Below, piece after piece: positions 25,304 to 38,901 of a stretch of DNA of 64,000 nucleotides (positions within the stretch are counted from its first letter, which is position 1; each line of letters begins with the position of its first letter). Source of the stretch: Octopus sinensis (taxonomy: Eukaryota); assembly GCF_006345805.1 (NCBI RefSeq), contig NC_043005.1, positions 63,984,001 to 64,048,000 of the forward strand, written 5' to 3'. The notes under the pieces were generated by a model, which searched no databases, was not told the DNA's origin, and saw only the letters and a program-made list of their open reading frames with translations. The position numbers were made by a program, and so were the translations under genes.

Positions 25304-26961
25304 TACAAGTGTTGCACAGGCCTTTTGCATGACGCATAATTAATCTTTGGGTATCGTCTCTAATTACCACCAATAGAAAATCATAAAACGTATCTTCTAA
25401 ATACATCATAAATTTTGCCTTAATATTCCACTTTTTCACATAAAATTTGAGTTACATGCACATGCAAGTACCGTATAAAAGCCCCCCCCCCCAAAAAAAA
25501 ACACACACACACATATAATCACATTTTCACATTTTCTAATATATATATAAAGAAAATGTACAAATCTACATACATACCAATACGAGCAGAGATATGTGCT
25601 TATATCTGTGTATGCATGTATATATAATAATGTGTGCGCATGTGGATGTGTATGTGTGTGCTTGTATGTGTGTGAACATATGTGTGTGTCTGTGTGTGTG
25701 ACGTACTGTGATGTACTTCCTCTGTTTAATTGCTTTTCACTGCGTTTTTACTTTAATTAAATACACACACACTGAGGCACACACATATACACACAAGTAT
25801 ATATATAATTATATTGTATTATATTATGTGTGTATTTGCTTGCATTTTCGAATGTATATATGTACGTAAACATGTGCATGTGTTTACATATATGTGTATA
25901 TAATGTCCAAATGATGAAAATGAAAGGAAAAATAAAAATAAAAATAATGTTATGCAACAGTGTCTTCTTGTTGAAAGGGGAAAATTCTGTTAAAAAATCA
26001 ATAATCAATTATTTCAACATGCCATTTAATCATCTGTTCTGTTCTCTAAATCATGTATTCAATCACTTCCTATAGATTGTTGTGACTATTATACATATTT
26101 TTTCTCTTATTATATATATATATTTTTATTGCTGTTATTTTTTTTTCTCTATTGTTGTCTTCTTTCAAGAGTTCATCATCCATCAAAGTTTTCCTATAAC
26201 ACTGATACAATCCGGTAATTTCATGATGATTGCTTGCTTTGATTCATTTCTTTTTCTCTGTATTTCTTACTTTTTTTTCTTGATTAATCTCTGCTACGCT
26301 TTTTATTTGTTTGTCTGTTAGTTTGTTTTTCCTGTTTTATTGTTTGTTTTTTTCTTCTTGCTTTTTTTCCCTCCCTTCTACTATGGATTAAGTCCGAGGT
26401 ATTTTACGACCAATACATCATATTCTGATAAATTCTTTTAATTTTAGTACCTTCTTAGTTTCTCCCTCCTTTTTTTCTCTTATCTTATAAGAACTATCGT
26501 TGGAATTAAAGCGAACATGAAAGGAAAAATTCATCAATTAATTCCAATTTTAAAAGAATAAACAGCACTTGCTTCATTGAATCCTGCTTCCTTTTGATAA
26601 ACACTCGCTATTACATATTTCTTTTTTCCTTTGTTTTCTTTGGGGTTTTTTTTTAAAGATGTATGTTCAAGTTTTTATGGGGATTATTTCTCTTTTCAAT
26701 CCCCGCATTCTAGTTATCTCTCTTCCCAGATCTTCATATTTCAATAGTTTCTGTGATTCTTTTAGAGATATAACTTCGCCCGTTGAGGAAACAATATGTG
26801 GTCGATTTTTTTAATCGTGTCGTCTGTATAATTTGACATGTCTCAAAGTATAATTAATTTCCTTCTTTCTGAAGTACTTCGTGTTATATATTTGTACATA
26901 TAGGTATTTCATAATGCCAGCAAAATTTCCACTGCATAAAAGCTCTACTTGTTTAATAGCT

Positions 26962-27090
<129 letters not shown>

Positions 27091-27898
27091 CAGATGCATC
27101 TATATATGTGTGGCTGTTAGTATTTTCTGTATTGGTCAAGATTGTTCGACCAGGAAACAATGTAATAGATTCTTCTTTCATATCCTTCATATATTCTGGG
27201 GTTACATTGTATATTCTATTTCATTATATGCCTCTGGTAGTCATTGGTTGGACGGCTGCGACAATATATTAAAAAAAAACTATTCTCTCTCAGCTTCGAG
27301 TGCTTCATTTAACAGCCTCTGCTATGTCCTTTACACAGTATCGCTTTGATCTGTCTCGTTAGATATTGGCTATGTAAAGTCTTTTCATGCCAACGGCTAA
27401 ATAGAATATTTTCCAATATCTTTGGTTTCTGTTTAGTTTTCAGCAATTCTTTTTTATATATATTTTCTGTGTTATTTATCAACTTTCATTTCAGCTGTAT
27501 TTTACCTCAGACTCTGTTTTATATATGTTGGATTACTTGAAGAAAGAAACCAACATTTTATCCATACGACGATGTTCTCTCCGCGCTATTCTCGGGAGGG
27601 TCGGGGGGAATAGGAACCGTCTTCATGTTGTTTTTATTTTGTAGGTGATTTTCATTAGTTCTTTATTCTTTACTTGTTGTTTTTGTAGTCTTAAAGTAGT
27701 TTATTTGAAGAAGATCCCTGTATTCGTGGCAATATTTAATCTTTTTGAGTCAGACATTGAATGGTGTAGATTCTAAAGAGAGACAGTCATTAATTTATCT
27801 TGTTTTTTTTTTCTGACGGGTTTTACTCTTATTCTAATATCTACACGATAATATCATAACTATAACTCATTACTAAAACAGAATATAAATAATCTACG

Positions 27899-28307
27899 TA
27901 GCTGTCTGGTAAGAAGCTTGCTTCGCAACAGCATGGTTCTGGGCTCAGTCCCACTGCGTGGTACCTTGGGCGAATGTCTTCAACTATAACCTTGGGCCAA
28001 CCAAAGCCTCGTGAGTGGATTTGGTAGGCGGAAACTGAAGGGAGCCCGTCGTACATATATATATATTTACCTGTATATGTACGTGTGTCTTTGTGTCTGT
28101 GTTTGTCCCCACTTCACTGCATAACAACCTGTGTTGGTGTGTTTACATCCCCTTAGCGTTTCAGCAAAATACACCGATAGAATAAGTACCAGGCTTTAAA
28201 AAGAAATAAGTACTGGGGTCGATTGGTTCGACTAAAACCCTTCAAGACACTGCTCCAGCATGGCCGCAGTCAAATGACTGAAACAAGTAAAAGAATAAAA
28301 GAATAAA
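27899..28307 (+). mobile_element. SINE family A
   Basis: Full head-to-tail match to the reverse complement of 10152-10573. Confidence 0.9.
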
Positions 28308-28309
28308 TC

Positions 28310-28735
28310 ATTTATTTATTTCTCACATTTTCTTTCCTCTGTGTATGACGTACTTTGCTAATTTCTTAAATCCTTGCTGTTTGTGTTTGTATAAATCTTA
28401 TATATTTGATCCTTTATCCATCTTTATATTCGCTACGTATTTCACCTTTACTCTATTCAGCGTTTCTTAGCGCATTTCTTTTCAACAAATTTTCAGTACA
28501 ATTTCTCTGCTTAATCTGTGCATAGTATTTAACAGTGCATTCAGTTGTTTAACATCAGCAGCGTACAGTTTGAGATCATCGATTTTCAAAATAATGCCGG
28601 TTGTCCTCCCGTACAATTCAATTCTCCAAGTAAACTTTGACAGAGCATTCTGAGTGAATGTGTTTCCTTTATGTAGAAAAAGAGCAGACGGATAGATGAA
28701 AATGATCTTGAAACACTCTACTTGAAATAAGACCG
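28310..28735 (-). mobile_element. Decayed non-LTR RT fragment, probably R4/Dong-like; likely extends ~27100-29550 around SINE insertions
   Basis: Minus strand RVFQD.. (GVFQGD-like) and IDDLKLYA (MDDLKLY-like). Confidence 0.55.
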
Positions 28736-28736
28736 T

Positions 28737-29153
28737 ATTCTTTTATTCGTTTATTCTTTTACTTGTTTCAGTCATTTGACTGCAGCCATGCTGGAGCACC
28801 GCCTTTAGTCAAATCAAATCGACCCCAGGACTTATTCTTTGTAAGCCTAGTACTCATCCTATCGTTCTCTTTTGCCGAACCGCTAAGTTACGGGGACTTA
28901 AACACACCAGCATCGGTTGTCAAGCGATGTTAGGGGGACAAACACAGACACACAACATATACATACGTATACATATATATATACATATATACGACATGCT
29001 TCTTTCAGTTTCCGTCTACTAAATCCACTCACAAGAATTTGGTCGGCCCGAAGCTATAGTAGAAGACACTTGCCCAAGGTGCCATGCAATGGGGCTGAAC
29101 CCGGAACCATGTGGTCGGTAAGCAAGCTACTTACCACACAGCCACGCCTGTGC
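28737..29153 (-). mobile_element. SINE family A
   Basis: Near-identical to 10152-10573. Confidence 0.9.
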
Positions 29154-30322
29154 CTTGAATTGTTTTACACTTATTCATGACATATTTGATGTAACTACTT
29201 AACTTCTTATTATCACTATGGCTAATGCTTGAAAAATTTATGGATGGGAAACATTATCAAATTATGCCCCAGACATTTTTGTCTTCCTCTGCGGTTTGTG
29301 GTTATCGTTTTGTTGCTCTGTAGTTATTCATTATCTGCAATATTATTGCAGTTAAGCTTTGCATACAAATAGGAAGCAGGTCATAAGTCCAGGCTTTGGC
29401 AAATCCCTGATTCTGTAGTCCGTTCTTCTATAATATAATTCCCCATTGGTGAGCCGTTCAGGCTCTTTCTATTTCTTCGTATTACGTGTACAATTCCAAG
29501 TACACATACTCAAATTTGCACTGACTAATATGGTATCCAGCAATTTATAAATATTTCTGAGGGAAAAAGATGTGGTGACTTTGTTGTGCTGATTTGATTA
29601 TTGTCTGTTAGTGTACATGATGGATACTCGACAAAATCAGTAAAATTTGAACGGTTTTAATACTTTAATTAAACATATAACCACATATAATTGCTAATAT
29701 TTTCATCATTTATTGTTAATTTTCTTCGTTGCTATCATCCTAGTTGGTCTTGTCCTTTAGCCATAGGTTAGTCTTAATTCTGAAACACTGTTCAAAGACA
29801 ACCCTGTTATGATCATCACATCTATTTATATATCAGTGATGTTCTAGTGTCTTTCTTTATTCAAGACAACAGGGTACATTTTAAGGAGATTTTGCACAAA
29901 GTTTTCCGCTTTGTTTTTATTCAACCGATACCGATTAATAGGTATATTATAATATACACGCCTATAGACACTAACACTGTCCGTATCTTTCACTCAAATA
30001 TAAAATAGGTCATTTTGAAGCACTTTTCGAGTTGTCGTACCGAAATCAATTTATGCTTTTGTCAACTTTCTTTACAAGCCAACACTTTCACTTTCCAACG
30101 AATATGTACACAGTACTAAGACACTAAGACACGTTATTCTTGTCTTTAATAGAATTATCAAACTCTCAATGGTGATCTATGGGAAGCAAAATCAAGAGTT
30201 CAAAGCAAACTACAGGACAAAATTTCCTAATTTATGAACAGGCGATCTAATTACCATTTCCAGTAGACCATTTTATTCTTGCTCACTTCGTTGTAGTTGT
30301 TATAACTCATATATCTTATATA

Positions 30323-30517
30323 TTACAGTATTTTAATGACAAGTTCGAGCAGTTTGCATTCTCTGGTGAACCATAAATCACCTTCATGATAAAGCAGTAA
30401 AGAATATACAGAATGCGCAGAAGAATGTGCAACAAATATGAAGTTCCAGACTTCATAAGATTTTACAAACTTGCCAAAAAAATCTGAGAGAAAAATGACC
30501 ACGAAGCAAAAGGCCAC
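30323..30517 (-). pseudogene. Possible hAT transposase remnant
   Basis: LLLYHEGDLWFTRECKLLE resembles the LLLHTEVRWLSRGKVLE hAT motif. Confidence 0.35.
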
Positions 30518-30870
30518 TTACTAGACATCCGTTATATTTAGACTACGTTAGCAGTCAACTCCTGCTCACAGAAACAGAGACATTTTTCAAATATATGTAT
30601 CTCTTTAATGTTCCCGTTTTTTCTTTAATCTTTGTCTTCTTTAGAATGGTAAAGGTTTTGGATATTAGAACATTCCATTCGATTGGCAATACTTATCCAA
30701 ATTCTGGATCATAAATCACTCTGCAAAGAAAACAGATAAACTTTCAGCTGACTGAACTATATTTGAAGCTGATAACATTTTATCAATGAATACACAATAC
30801 AATAATTCTATTTCGGTATGTGTGCGTGTGTGCGCTTTGCGGTTTTACGTATGCCAATATGCACACACAG

Positions 30871-30945
<75 letters not shown>

Positions 30946-30947
30946 TA

Positions 30948-31023
<76 letters not shown>

Positions 31024-31088
31024 GAGAGAGAGAGAGAGAGAGAGATAGAAAGATAGAGAGGAGTAGTTGCACATGGATATATATATAT

Positions 31089-31120
<32 letters not shown>

Positions 31121-33650
31121 ACTGCATACAAATATATACACACTTATTTTTATATTTAAATATATGTATATATAAAAGGGTACGTGTGTGTGTGTGCTCC
31201 GTGTTGTTTATTGTCTAGGGTAATGCAGAAGGTGAACCGTGAGTAGAGTGAATTTGACTTGTTTCAATTTACTTTATTTATAGTTCTGCTCATAATGCAT
31301 CTCCTGCTGCTGCTGCTACTACTGCTGCTACTGCTGCCCCTGCTACTGCTGCTGTTGATACTACCACTGCTGTGCTACTGTTGCTTCCGTTTGTGTTATG
31401 GTGGTTGCTATTATTTTGATTATACCGAAGTGTGTGCTGCTCAGTCTGTGGCTGTAGATCTTATAATTCTAATAATCCGGTACTTTTCCCTCGTTCTTTT
31501 ACTCTCAAGTATTCCAGACTATATTATTCAAAGTATACTTCGCTTTATAGGACGGGTTTGCCTTTAGTAAAATAACGTTAGTGTGGAGAAAGGACTGCCT
31601 GTATAGGCAACTCTCATTCTTTCGCAAAACAATCTTGCCCAGGTCTGCACGTACAGGGTCTACACTCACCGATGAAGGCTTGCAATATTATGTGCTTCAA
31701 GTTTTGACTATCTTTTCTCTTTTTCAGCAGTGAATAAAAACAGTAGTATCTAGATTGTCACAGTTTTTCCTAAAATGACACAGTATAACTTAATCCTTTG
31801 AACACGGGAAGTAGATATATCCAGTCAACATTTTGTTACAGGTAATTGCGGAAAGCTTTCAAAAACAGACTCCCCTTGTGCTGCGAGGAGCGGAGACACC
31901 TCTAGTTGCACATTTTGCAAAAGACAATTTTTCAGATTCTCTTGAATTTTTTCACGTATTTCCTAAAATATTTTTGTACAGGGCAAAAATCAAATAACTT
32001 TAGTGGTGGGTATGAAAACCGTACCTATAGGAGATACTAGAATAAGATTGAAGAAGTATTTTGGTGGATAATTAACATCATTACAGTAATGACTATGAAA
32101 TTTAATTATGCAGCCAAAGGGTTAGAGGAGATGGAAATTTCGTTGCTATTTTGGCATGCGGAGTTCCTGTTGTTTTTACTGTTACTTAGCTCCGAGTCAG
32201 CTCTAATAAATCGGATCTACGTTAGAAGACGTCTTAGTCGTCCCTATCTCATTTCTTTCTTAGCAATGTATAAAAGAAATATCTAGTGAGACCTCCTTTT
32301 ACTTAAAACACTCAGCTATTTCTAGAATGCTGAGCATCCAGAGACTTCCCGTTGCTCGCAAATTGGCCAATAGGCAGCACCATTATAATGTTATATAAGA
32401 GGCCGCACGATATTCGTGCTTAATCTCTGCGCTCTGAGTTCAAATCGCCACCTAGATCAACTTTTATCTACACGAATCAATAAGATAAGTATATTCCGGC
32501 ACGATAGATTGGCAGAACTGTTAGGAAGGAGAGCAAAATGCCTTACAGTATTTGTTCCGGCTCCTTGAGTTCTAACATCAGCTCTTACCTTAACACTGAT
32601 TGCAAGTTGTATCGGCCCAGGTTGGAGGCCTCTCCCGTGGTTAAACATCAGTGGGGAGGAGAGTGGGAAATATATGTGTGCATGGGTAACTGCTCGTCTT
32701 CAATAACTCTAAATTAGGCCTGCACACACATGGTGAACATTGACCGATAGGGGCCATGAGGTTTTTCTATCATGTGATTCTAATCTACAGCCAGAGGCAT
32801 TGGGACGTTCGAGACGTAATTAACACTGGCATCAAAAACATCTTTCAAGAAAACGATATAAATCGCTAATGTCTCCGTTCGCGGTTCAGCGTCATGAATA
32901 GAAAAAGAGATAAATTTCAATACTAAAACTACGTTTTTATGTTAGTATTCATAAAATTCATTATATTTCCATATTTAATTAAAGTGTATTAATAACATAG
33001 TAATCAATAAGAAAACATTTCTGATAATAGTTTGGTCTAATTGGCTAATTTTTAATTAAATGTTACCCTTACACACCTTCTCATTATTTCTACATAATAC
33101 GGCTCATCAGGTTTCCTTTTGCCTGAATAGGAGAACGGTGACGTAGAGGAGAATAACTAGAGAAACAATTCCACTAAAATGACACATTGTCCCAAATAAT
33201 TACGGAGCTGTCTGTCAATATCCACAGGTCTATCAAAATCAAACTTGGCATACAGCAGACTCACATTGCCGTTTTAATTCCATTCTAAATTACCGATTTT
33301 TCAATTAGCATGCAGATGTATAGTCTTTTGCACAAAATTCTGGGAACTGTAGAATTTCCTTCACACAAAAACTATCAGTAAAATACAGATTCTCTCTCTC
33401 TCTCTCCGTCTCCCTCCTTCTCTCAGCTTCTCCCTTCTCTAAGCTTTTCTCAGATTTTCTCCCTCTTCCTACGTCTCTCCCCCTCTCCCGTGTCCCTCTT
33501 TCTCTCTTTCTCTCTGCCTTCTTTCTCGCTATACTTACCTATCGCTACCAATCACCTCTTTTTCTCTCTCTTTGTATTTCACTCTCTTCTACACTCACTC
33601 TCCTCTATCTCTCTCTCTTTCTCTGTATTTCACTCTCTTCTACACTCTCT

Positions 33651-33727
<77 letters not shown>

Positions 33728-34172
33728 GTTCTTTACTTCACGCTGTCCTTTTTCGTTATCTTTCTATCTCTCAACAGTGACTAAAATGGTGAAGAAAAAA
33801 ACTATCATGGCAAAAATTGCTCTTTCATATTATTATTTTAAAGATAATTATCTTGATTAATTTCATTCTTTCCAATTTCGACAATGAGGCACCATCATAG
33901 AACTTTTATATTTTTCTTTAAAATTTACCATGTCTTATATACATATATATATGTGTGTGTGTGTGTGGTGTGTGTGTGTGTGTGTGTGTGTGGTGTGGTG
34001 GGTGGGTGGGTGTGGCGTGGTGTGTGTGTGTGCGTATGTGTGTATATACATATATATATACATACATATATTTATATATGTATGTATGCACGTATATAAA
34101 CATATATCCATGTATAAATATATACATATATATATGTGCATATATATATGTATATATGTATGCATTATATAT

Positions 34173-34218
<46 letters not shown>

Positions 34219-34444
34219 GTATGTATGTATGTGTATGTGTATGTATGTATGTATGTAGGTGTATGTACATATATATAAATTATATATATATGCATGTGTA
34301 CATACGTTTATATATATATAAATATATATATACACAGACCATGAGTGATATACATATACATACGTATGCATGTATATTTGCATATATGTATGTATGCATG
34401 CATGTATGTATATATGTATGTATGTATGTATGTATATATGTTTG

Positions 34445-34475
<31 letters not shown>

Positions 34476-34831
34476 GTACGCATGTATGTATGTGCACTTT
34501 TTGATCATTTTTTATATAAAAACAGTTAATTGGAAAATTTACATTGTTTCCTTTTGTTTTGGAACCAATTTTCTCATAATGAGATTCTTTGCTACCAATA
34601 TATAAATATTTATACAACTCTGTTGCTGTTATAGGATTTCAAATAATACTTTTTATTCTCCATCTCCATTCTTTTTTTTCCTCTGAAATTTGAAGTATAA
34701 ATTATAGACAATTATATCATAGCAATTTATTTTTACTGATAATATTATTGTTTCAACAGGCTTATTTCTATTACATGTTTTCACTGCACAGTCGCATAAA
34801 TTCATATAGTTCGTGTGACCTATAATAGCTG

Positions 34832-34884
<53 letters not shown>

Positions 34885-35065
34885 GGGTGGTTGTGGGGGG
34901 GTGATGATGATGGTGTTGGTTATGATGCTGGTGGTGCTTGTGATGCTGGTGGTAGTGCTGCTGATGGCTATGATGAGGAGGAGAGTATGAATGAGGATAC
35001 TGATGTTGATGACGATGACGACGATGATGACGACATACACGATGATGACGATGATGATGATGAAG

Positions 35066-35096
<31 letters not shown>

Positions 35097-35365
35097 CGAT
35101 GATGATGATGATGACGAAGAGTCGACGAATAAAATTCAGTTCGATCAACTGAAGTACGTACTTACTAAATTAACATGTATGTAATTTAGTACTCCACGTA
35201 TACGTTTACTCTCAGATAAGTTAATCCTGTAAACGAATCATAAAGAAACAATAAGGGGAGACGATTCGACCTTTAGATCCCAGGTAGGATCCATCTGATG
35301 GACTTCTATACCGTTTCTATCTACTTGACTCTATTTTATTCTCATGGAGACGTTGGAAGTAGACA

Positions 35366-35545
35366 TGACAAAGTGGCTAAGAAGTTCGCTTGGAAATTAC
35401 GATGTCCTATGTTGAAACCCACCACGTGATATCTTGGCCAGCAGCCTCTTACCATAGCTTCGATCTCGCTCAGTAATAAACACATACGTATACACACACA
35501 CACACACACGAACATACGCAAATTCTCTCCCTCTCTCTATATATA

Positions 35546-35638
<93 letters not shown>

Positions 35639-35978
35639 TGTATGTATGTATGTTGTATGTATGTATGTATGTATGCATGCATGTCTGAATGTATGCATGT
35701 AAATAAAACCTCGGGCTCACCAAAGCCTTGTCAGTGGGTTTGGTAGACAGAAACTGAAAGAAACCCATCATGTGTACGTGTGTGCGTGTCTTCCTATCTG
35801 AGAATTTCCCCCACCTCCGCTAGAAAACCAATGTTGTGTTTACTTCCCTGTATCTAAGCATTTCAGCAAAAGATAATGATTAAATAAGTATGAGGACTCG
35901 ATTTATTCGACTAAAAATTCCTTATGGCTGTGCCCCAGTATGGCCGTAGTCTAATGACTGAAACAAATAAAAGATAGA
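35366..35978 (+). mobile_element. Degenerate SINE family A interrupted by microsatellites
   Basis: Head at ~35366-35470; body and tail at 35708-35978 (caaagccttg..gaaactgaaagaa..gactgaaacaa). Confidence 0.65.
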
Positions 35979-35980
35979 AT

Positions 35981-36019
<39 letters not shown>

Positions 36020-36020
36020 C

Positions 36021-36074
<54 letters not shown>

Positions 36075-36128
36075 TATTATATATATATATATAATATATA
36101 TGTTTATATATACATATATATATACATA

Positions 36129-36179
<51 letters not shown>

Positions 36180-36182
36180 TAT

Positions 36183-36214
<32 letters not shown>

Positions 36215-36308
36215 CATATAACATAGATATATATATATATGACCACGTCTGTACCGATGGCGATTTTTTCCCTCTGTCTTCCCTTCTCTGGATCTTTCCT
36301 TCTCCTAC

Positions 36309-36343
36309 GTTTCCGACGAAGAGCTCCGCTCGAAACATTAAAC
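36309..36343 (+). ncRNA. Minimal type-I hammerhead (U4C, extra A after A9) in a ~205-bp TA-flanked module
   Basis: GTTT CCGACGA A GAG ctccg CTC GAAA CAT T AAAC. Confidence 0.65.
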
Positions 36344-36441
36344 CCTCCTTCTTTCCTTCTCTCCTGAGCGTTCAATAATACTATATTTGTTCCACGTCCT
36401 CGCGTTGTTGTGTTTTTTTTTGTGCTTTCTTGTTTGGATTA

Positions 36442-36472
<31 letters not shown>

Positions 36473-36540
36473 GTAGGTCCCGGGTTGAGTCGGGGTTAAC
36501 CACAGTAAATAAGGTACTCAATACATAGCAGAGTAAATCA

Positions 36541-36589
36541 GCTTCCTGATGATTTCATTTGAATGAAACAATTCTAGTCCTGTAGAAGC
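36541..36589 (+). ncRNA. Type-I hammerhead ribozyme motif, canonical core
   Basis: GCTTC CTGATGA t TTCA tt TGAA t GAAA CA attctagtcc TG TA GAAGC. 5-bp stem I, GUA site. Confidence 0.8.
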
Positions 36590-36620
36590 TCCTTCTATAA
36601 AATAAAAAATATATATATAT

Positions 36621-36681
<61 letters not shown>

Positions 36682-36785
36682 TAGAGAGATAGAGAGATAG
36701 ATAGATAGATAGATAGATAGACATTTTTTTTCAGAATGAGATTAAAAGACCCAGGGTGTGAAGATTTTAGAACATTTATAAATTG

Positions 36786-36833
36786 GTCATACAGCTGTTT
36801 CCAGGATATTTATTAAATCATTTCGTCGGAGAC
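36786..36833 (-). ncRNA. Hammerhead motif (mirror copy of 37081-37128)
   Basis: Minus strand gtct CCGACGA..GAAA CAGCTG TA tgac. Confidence 0.6.
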
Positions 36834-37080
36834 GGTGTGAGAAAATGGTTAAGCAATAATCAATTTAGATAAAATACGAAATAGTGAGTGAAGTAGAGAA
36901 AGGAAAATAGATGTGAGATATGCAAGTTTATTGCATTTGTAGATCTATTATTTGGGCAAATAAATAATGGATCTACAAATGCAATATCCCTGCATATATC
37001 ACATCTATTTTCATTCCTCCACTTCACTCTCTATTTTGTATCTTATCTAAATAACTATTGCCTAACCATTTTCTCACACC

Positions 37081-37128
37081 GTTTCCGATGAAAGGATATA
37101 ATAAATATCCTGGAAACAGCTGTAAGAC
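37081..37128 (+). ncRNA. Type-I hammerhead ribozyme motif (U4C)
   Basis: GTTT CCGATGA a AGGATAT aataa ATATCCT g GAAA CAGCTG TA AGAC; palindromic stem III ACAGCTGT. Confidence 0.8.
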
Positions 37129-37345
37129 CTTCTATTTGTAAATGTTCTAAAATCTTCACAACCTTGTGTTTTTTTATCTCATTCTGAAATAAATATATAT
37201 ATATATACACGCGCTGATATATGACCTACGTTGGAGTCCTTATTCGCATGATCACCGAACCTGGAGCTTAACTATGGCTATCCATAGCACTTACCCAGCA
37301 TTACCTGACACCTTTGGGTTTTCCGACACCATTTCCTCTCACAAG

Positions 37346-37392
<47 letters not shown>

Positions 37393-38522
37393 AGCAAGGA
37401 AAAATTGTAAAAAGGCAGAATGCTAAATTGAAAGAAAATTTTAATGAAAATGGGTGTATGGAAAAACTTTTAGAAAAATTGATAAAATATACATATATAT
37501 ATTAATTCAAACCGGTTTTCGTCATAATGTGACTTTTCAAGAATTGTAAAGAAAAGAATTTTTTTTTAATGTGAGGAGGGGGGGAAAAAGAAAATTACAT
37601 TGTTTTTTGCAAAAAAATAATAATAAATATATACAAAAATTTAAAAAATAGGTACTCCGATACATTGTAAAGTCTTTGTGTATCTTGAGTTTAATGATTG
37701 TTCACGAAAAAATTACCTTGAAGTATTGAGATCCAATGGGATTAAATCCATCTGTTGTTTAATTTAATTAAGGTTGTCTCTTAAGTGGATGCAAAACAGA
37801 AAGTAGTAGTAGTAGTCCAGTTCCTGTGTTGTGAATAAGGGGAGATAACTATTTTGGTTTTTTTAAGCTCTGCAATTTGTGTTTGTTCAATTTTTTGTAA
37901 TAAAGGATGTTAATAAACCTTAAATTATAAAATTATCATATTAGCTTCATTTGCATTATCTTTTTTATATAATTGTTTGCTAACTTAACATTCAGATTTT
38001 AACACTTTATTTATTTTCTAATTATATAAATTTGCATAAACCAATTTATAATTACATTTCAGATTGTTATGTCATATATAATAAAAATGATAGTAATAAT
38101 AACAACAATAATAATAATGATATTTAAAGAATATAAGTTTTAGCTTGAAGTGATGACTGCATGGTATCCTTATATATTTGTGTTAGTCCATCCAAGAAGT
38201 ATGATCAACGAGGAGTTTGCATATTAAGATGCGTTTTGAATTTTTCAATAAAGAGATTCTCCTTGTTAATTCTCTCCTGTGTGGTTATTCCGTCTTTACA
38301 TTGGTAGAAGGGGAATGTGTAGAATTTGGGATTTTTGTCTTTAGCGCATGAGTCTATGTGGTCACTCTGTGGGATTTGCCGGTATTCCGGGAGATTTACT
38401 TTTTCCATACACCCATTTTCATAAAAGTTTTCTTTCAATTTAGCATTCTGCCTTTTTACAATTTTTCTTTGCTTATCATTTCTCCACGTGCGGTCAACAC
38501 AACCCCACCATTTATTGATCTA
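37393..38522 (-). mobile_element. Truncated Penelope-like element with inverted pseudo-LTR, in (TA)n
   Basis: 37393-~38398 is the reverse complement of ~42547-43540. ~38399-38522 is a forward copy of ~43467-43588 including the 3' tail. Both ends abut TA repeats. Confidence 0.9.
37504..37545 (-). ncRNA. Hammerhead with U3-A8 covariant core
   Basis: Minus strand AATTC TTGAAAA GTCA catta TGAC GAAA ACCGGT T T GAATT. Confidence 0.8.
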
Positions 38523-38869
38523 TATACATATATATATATATATATATATACACATATTATGATGAGGATTATGATGATGGTGATGATGAATGATTGTAGT
38601 CTTCCGAGTAATACGGTTCTGAGATTTCATGATGAATAGTGTGCACAAATATTTTGTTAACAGTGATGAAATGTTTGTGCTGTACATTAGCTGACTTCCT
38701 CCATCAATTTGACGTAGGCTGAACACATGTACGACACACCAGATGCTGCTGTGATCGCTTAGTAGTGGGGGCTAAAGTGTTTTGCTCAAGAACACAGCGC
38801 ACCACCCTAACACAAGGCCATGCAACCTCACACATACGCGCGCACACATACACACTCATATACACATTC

Positions 38870-38901
<32 letters not shown>

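Larger units (their letters stand above)
36724..37195. mobile_element. ~470-bp fold-back palindrome between (GATA)n and (TA)n, hammerhead in each arm
   Basis: ~36724-36952 is the reverse complement of ~36962-37195; apex near 36955. Confidence 0.85.

Noticed and set aside
25757-26700. Possible host 3' UTR or exon
   Set aside because: Only AT/T-rich low complexity; no credible coding exon or splice pair.
30783-36378. Many YI/HT/CV-rich ORFs (also at 1719-2952, 10331-10876 and 41710-44484)
   Set aside because: Translations of (TA)n, (CA)n and (TATG)n microsatellites.
38205-38438. 77-aa ORF as an independent gene
   Set aside because: Chimera across the PLE inversion junction: antisense pLTR fused to the GIY-YIG tail.
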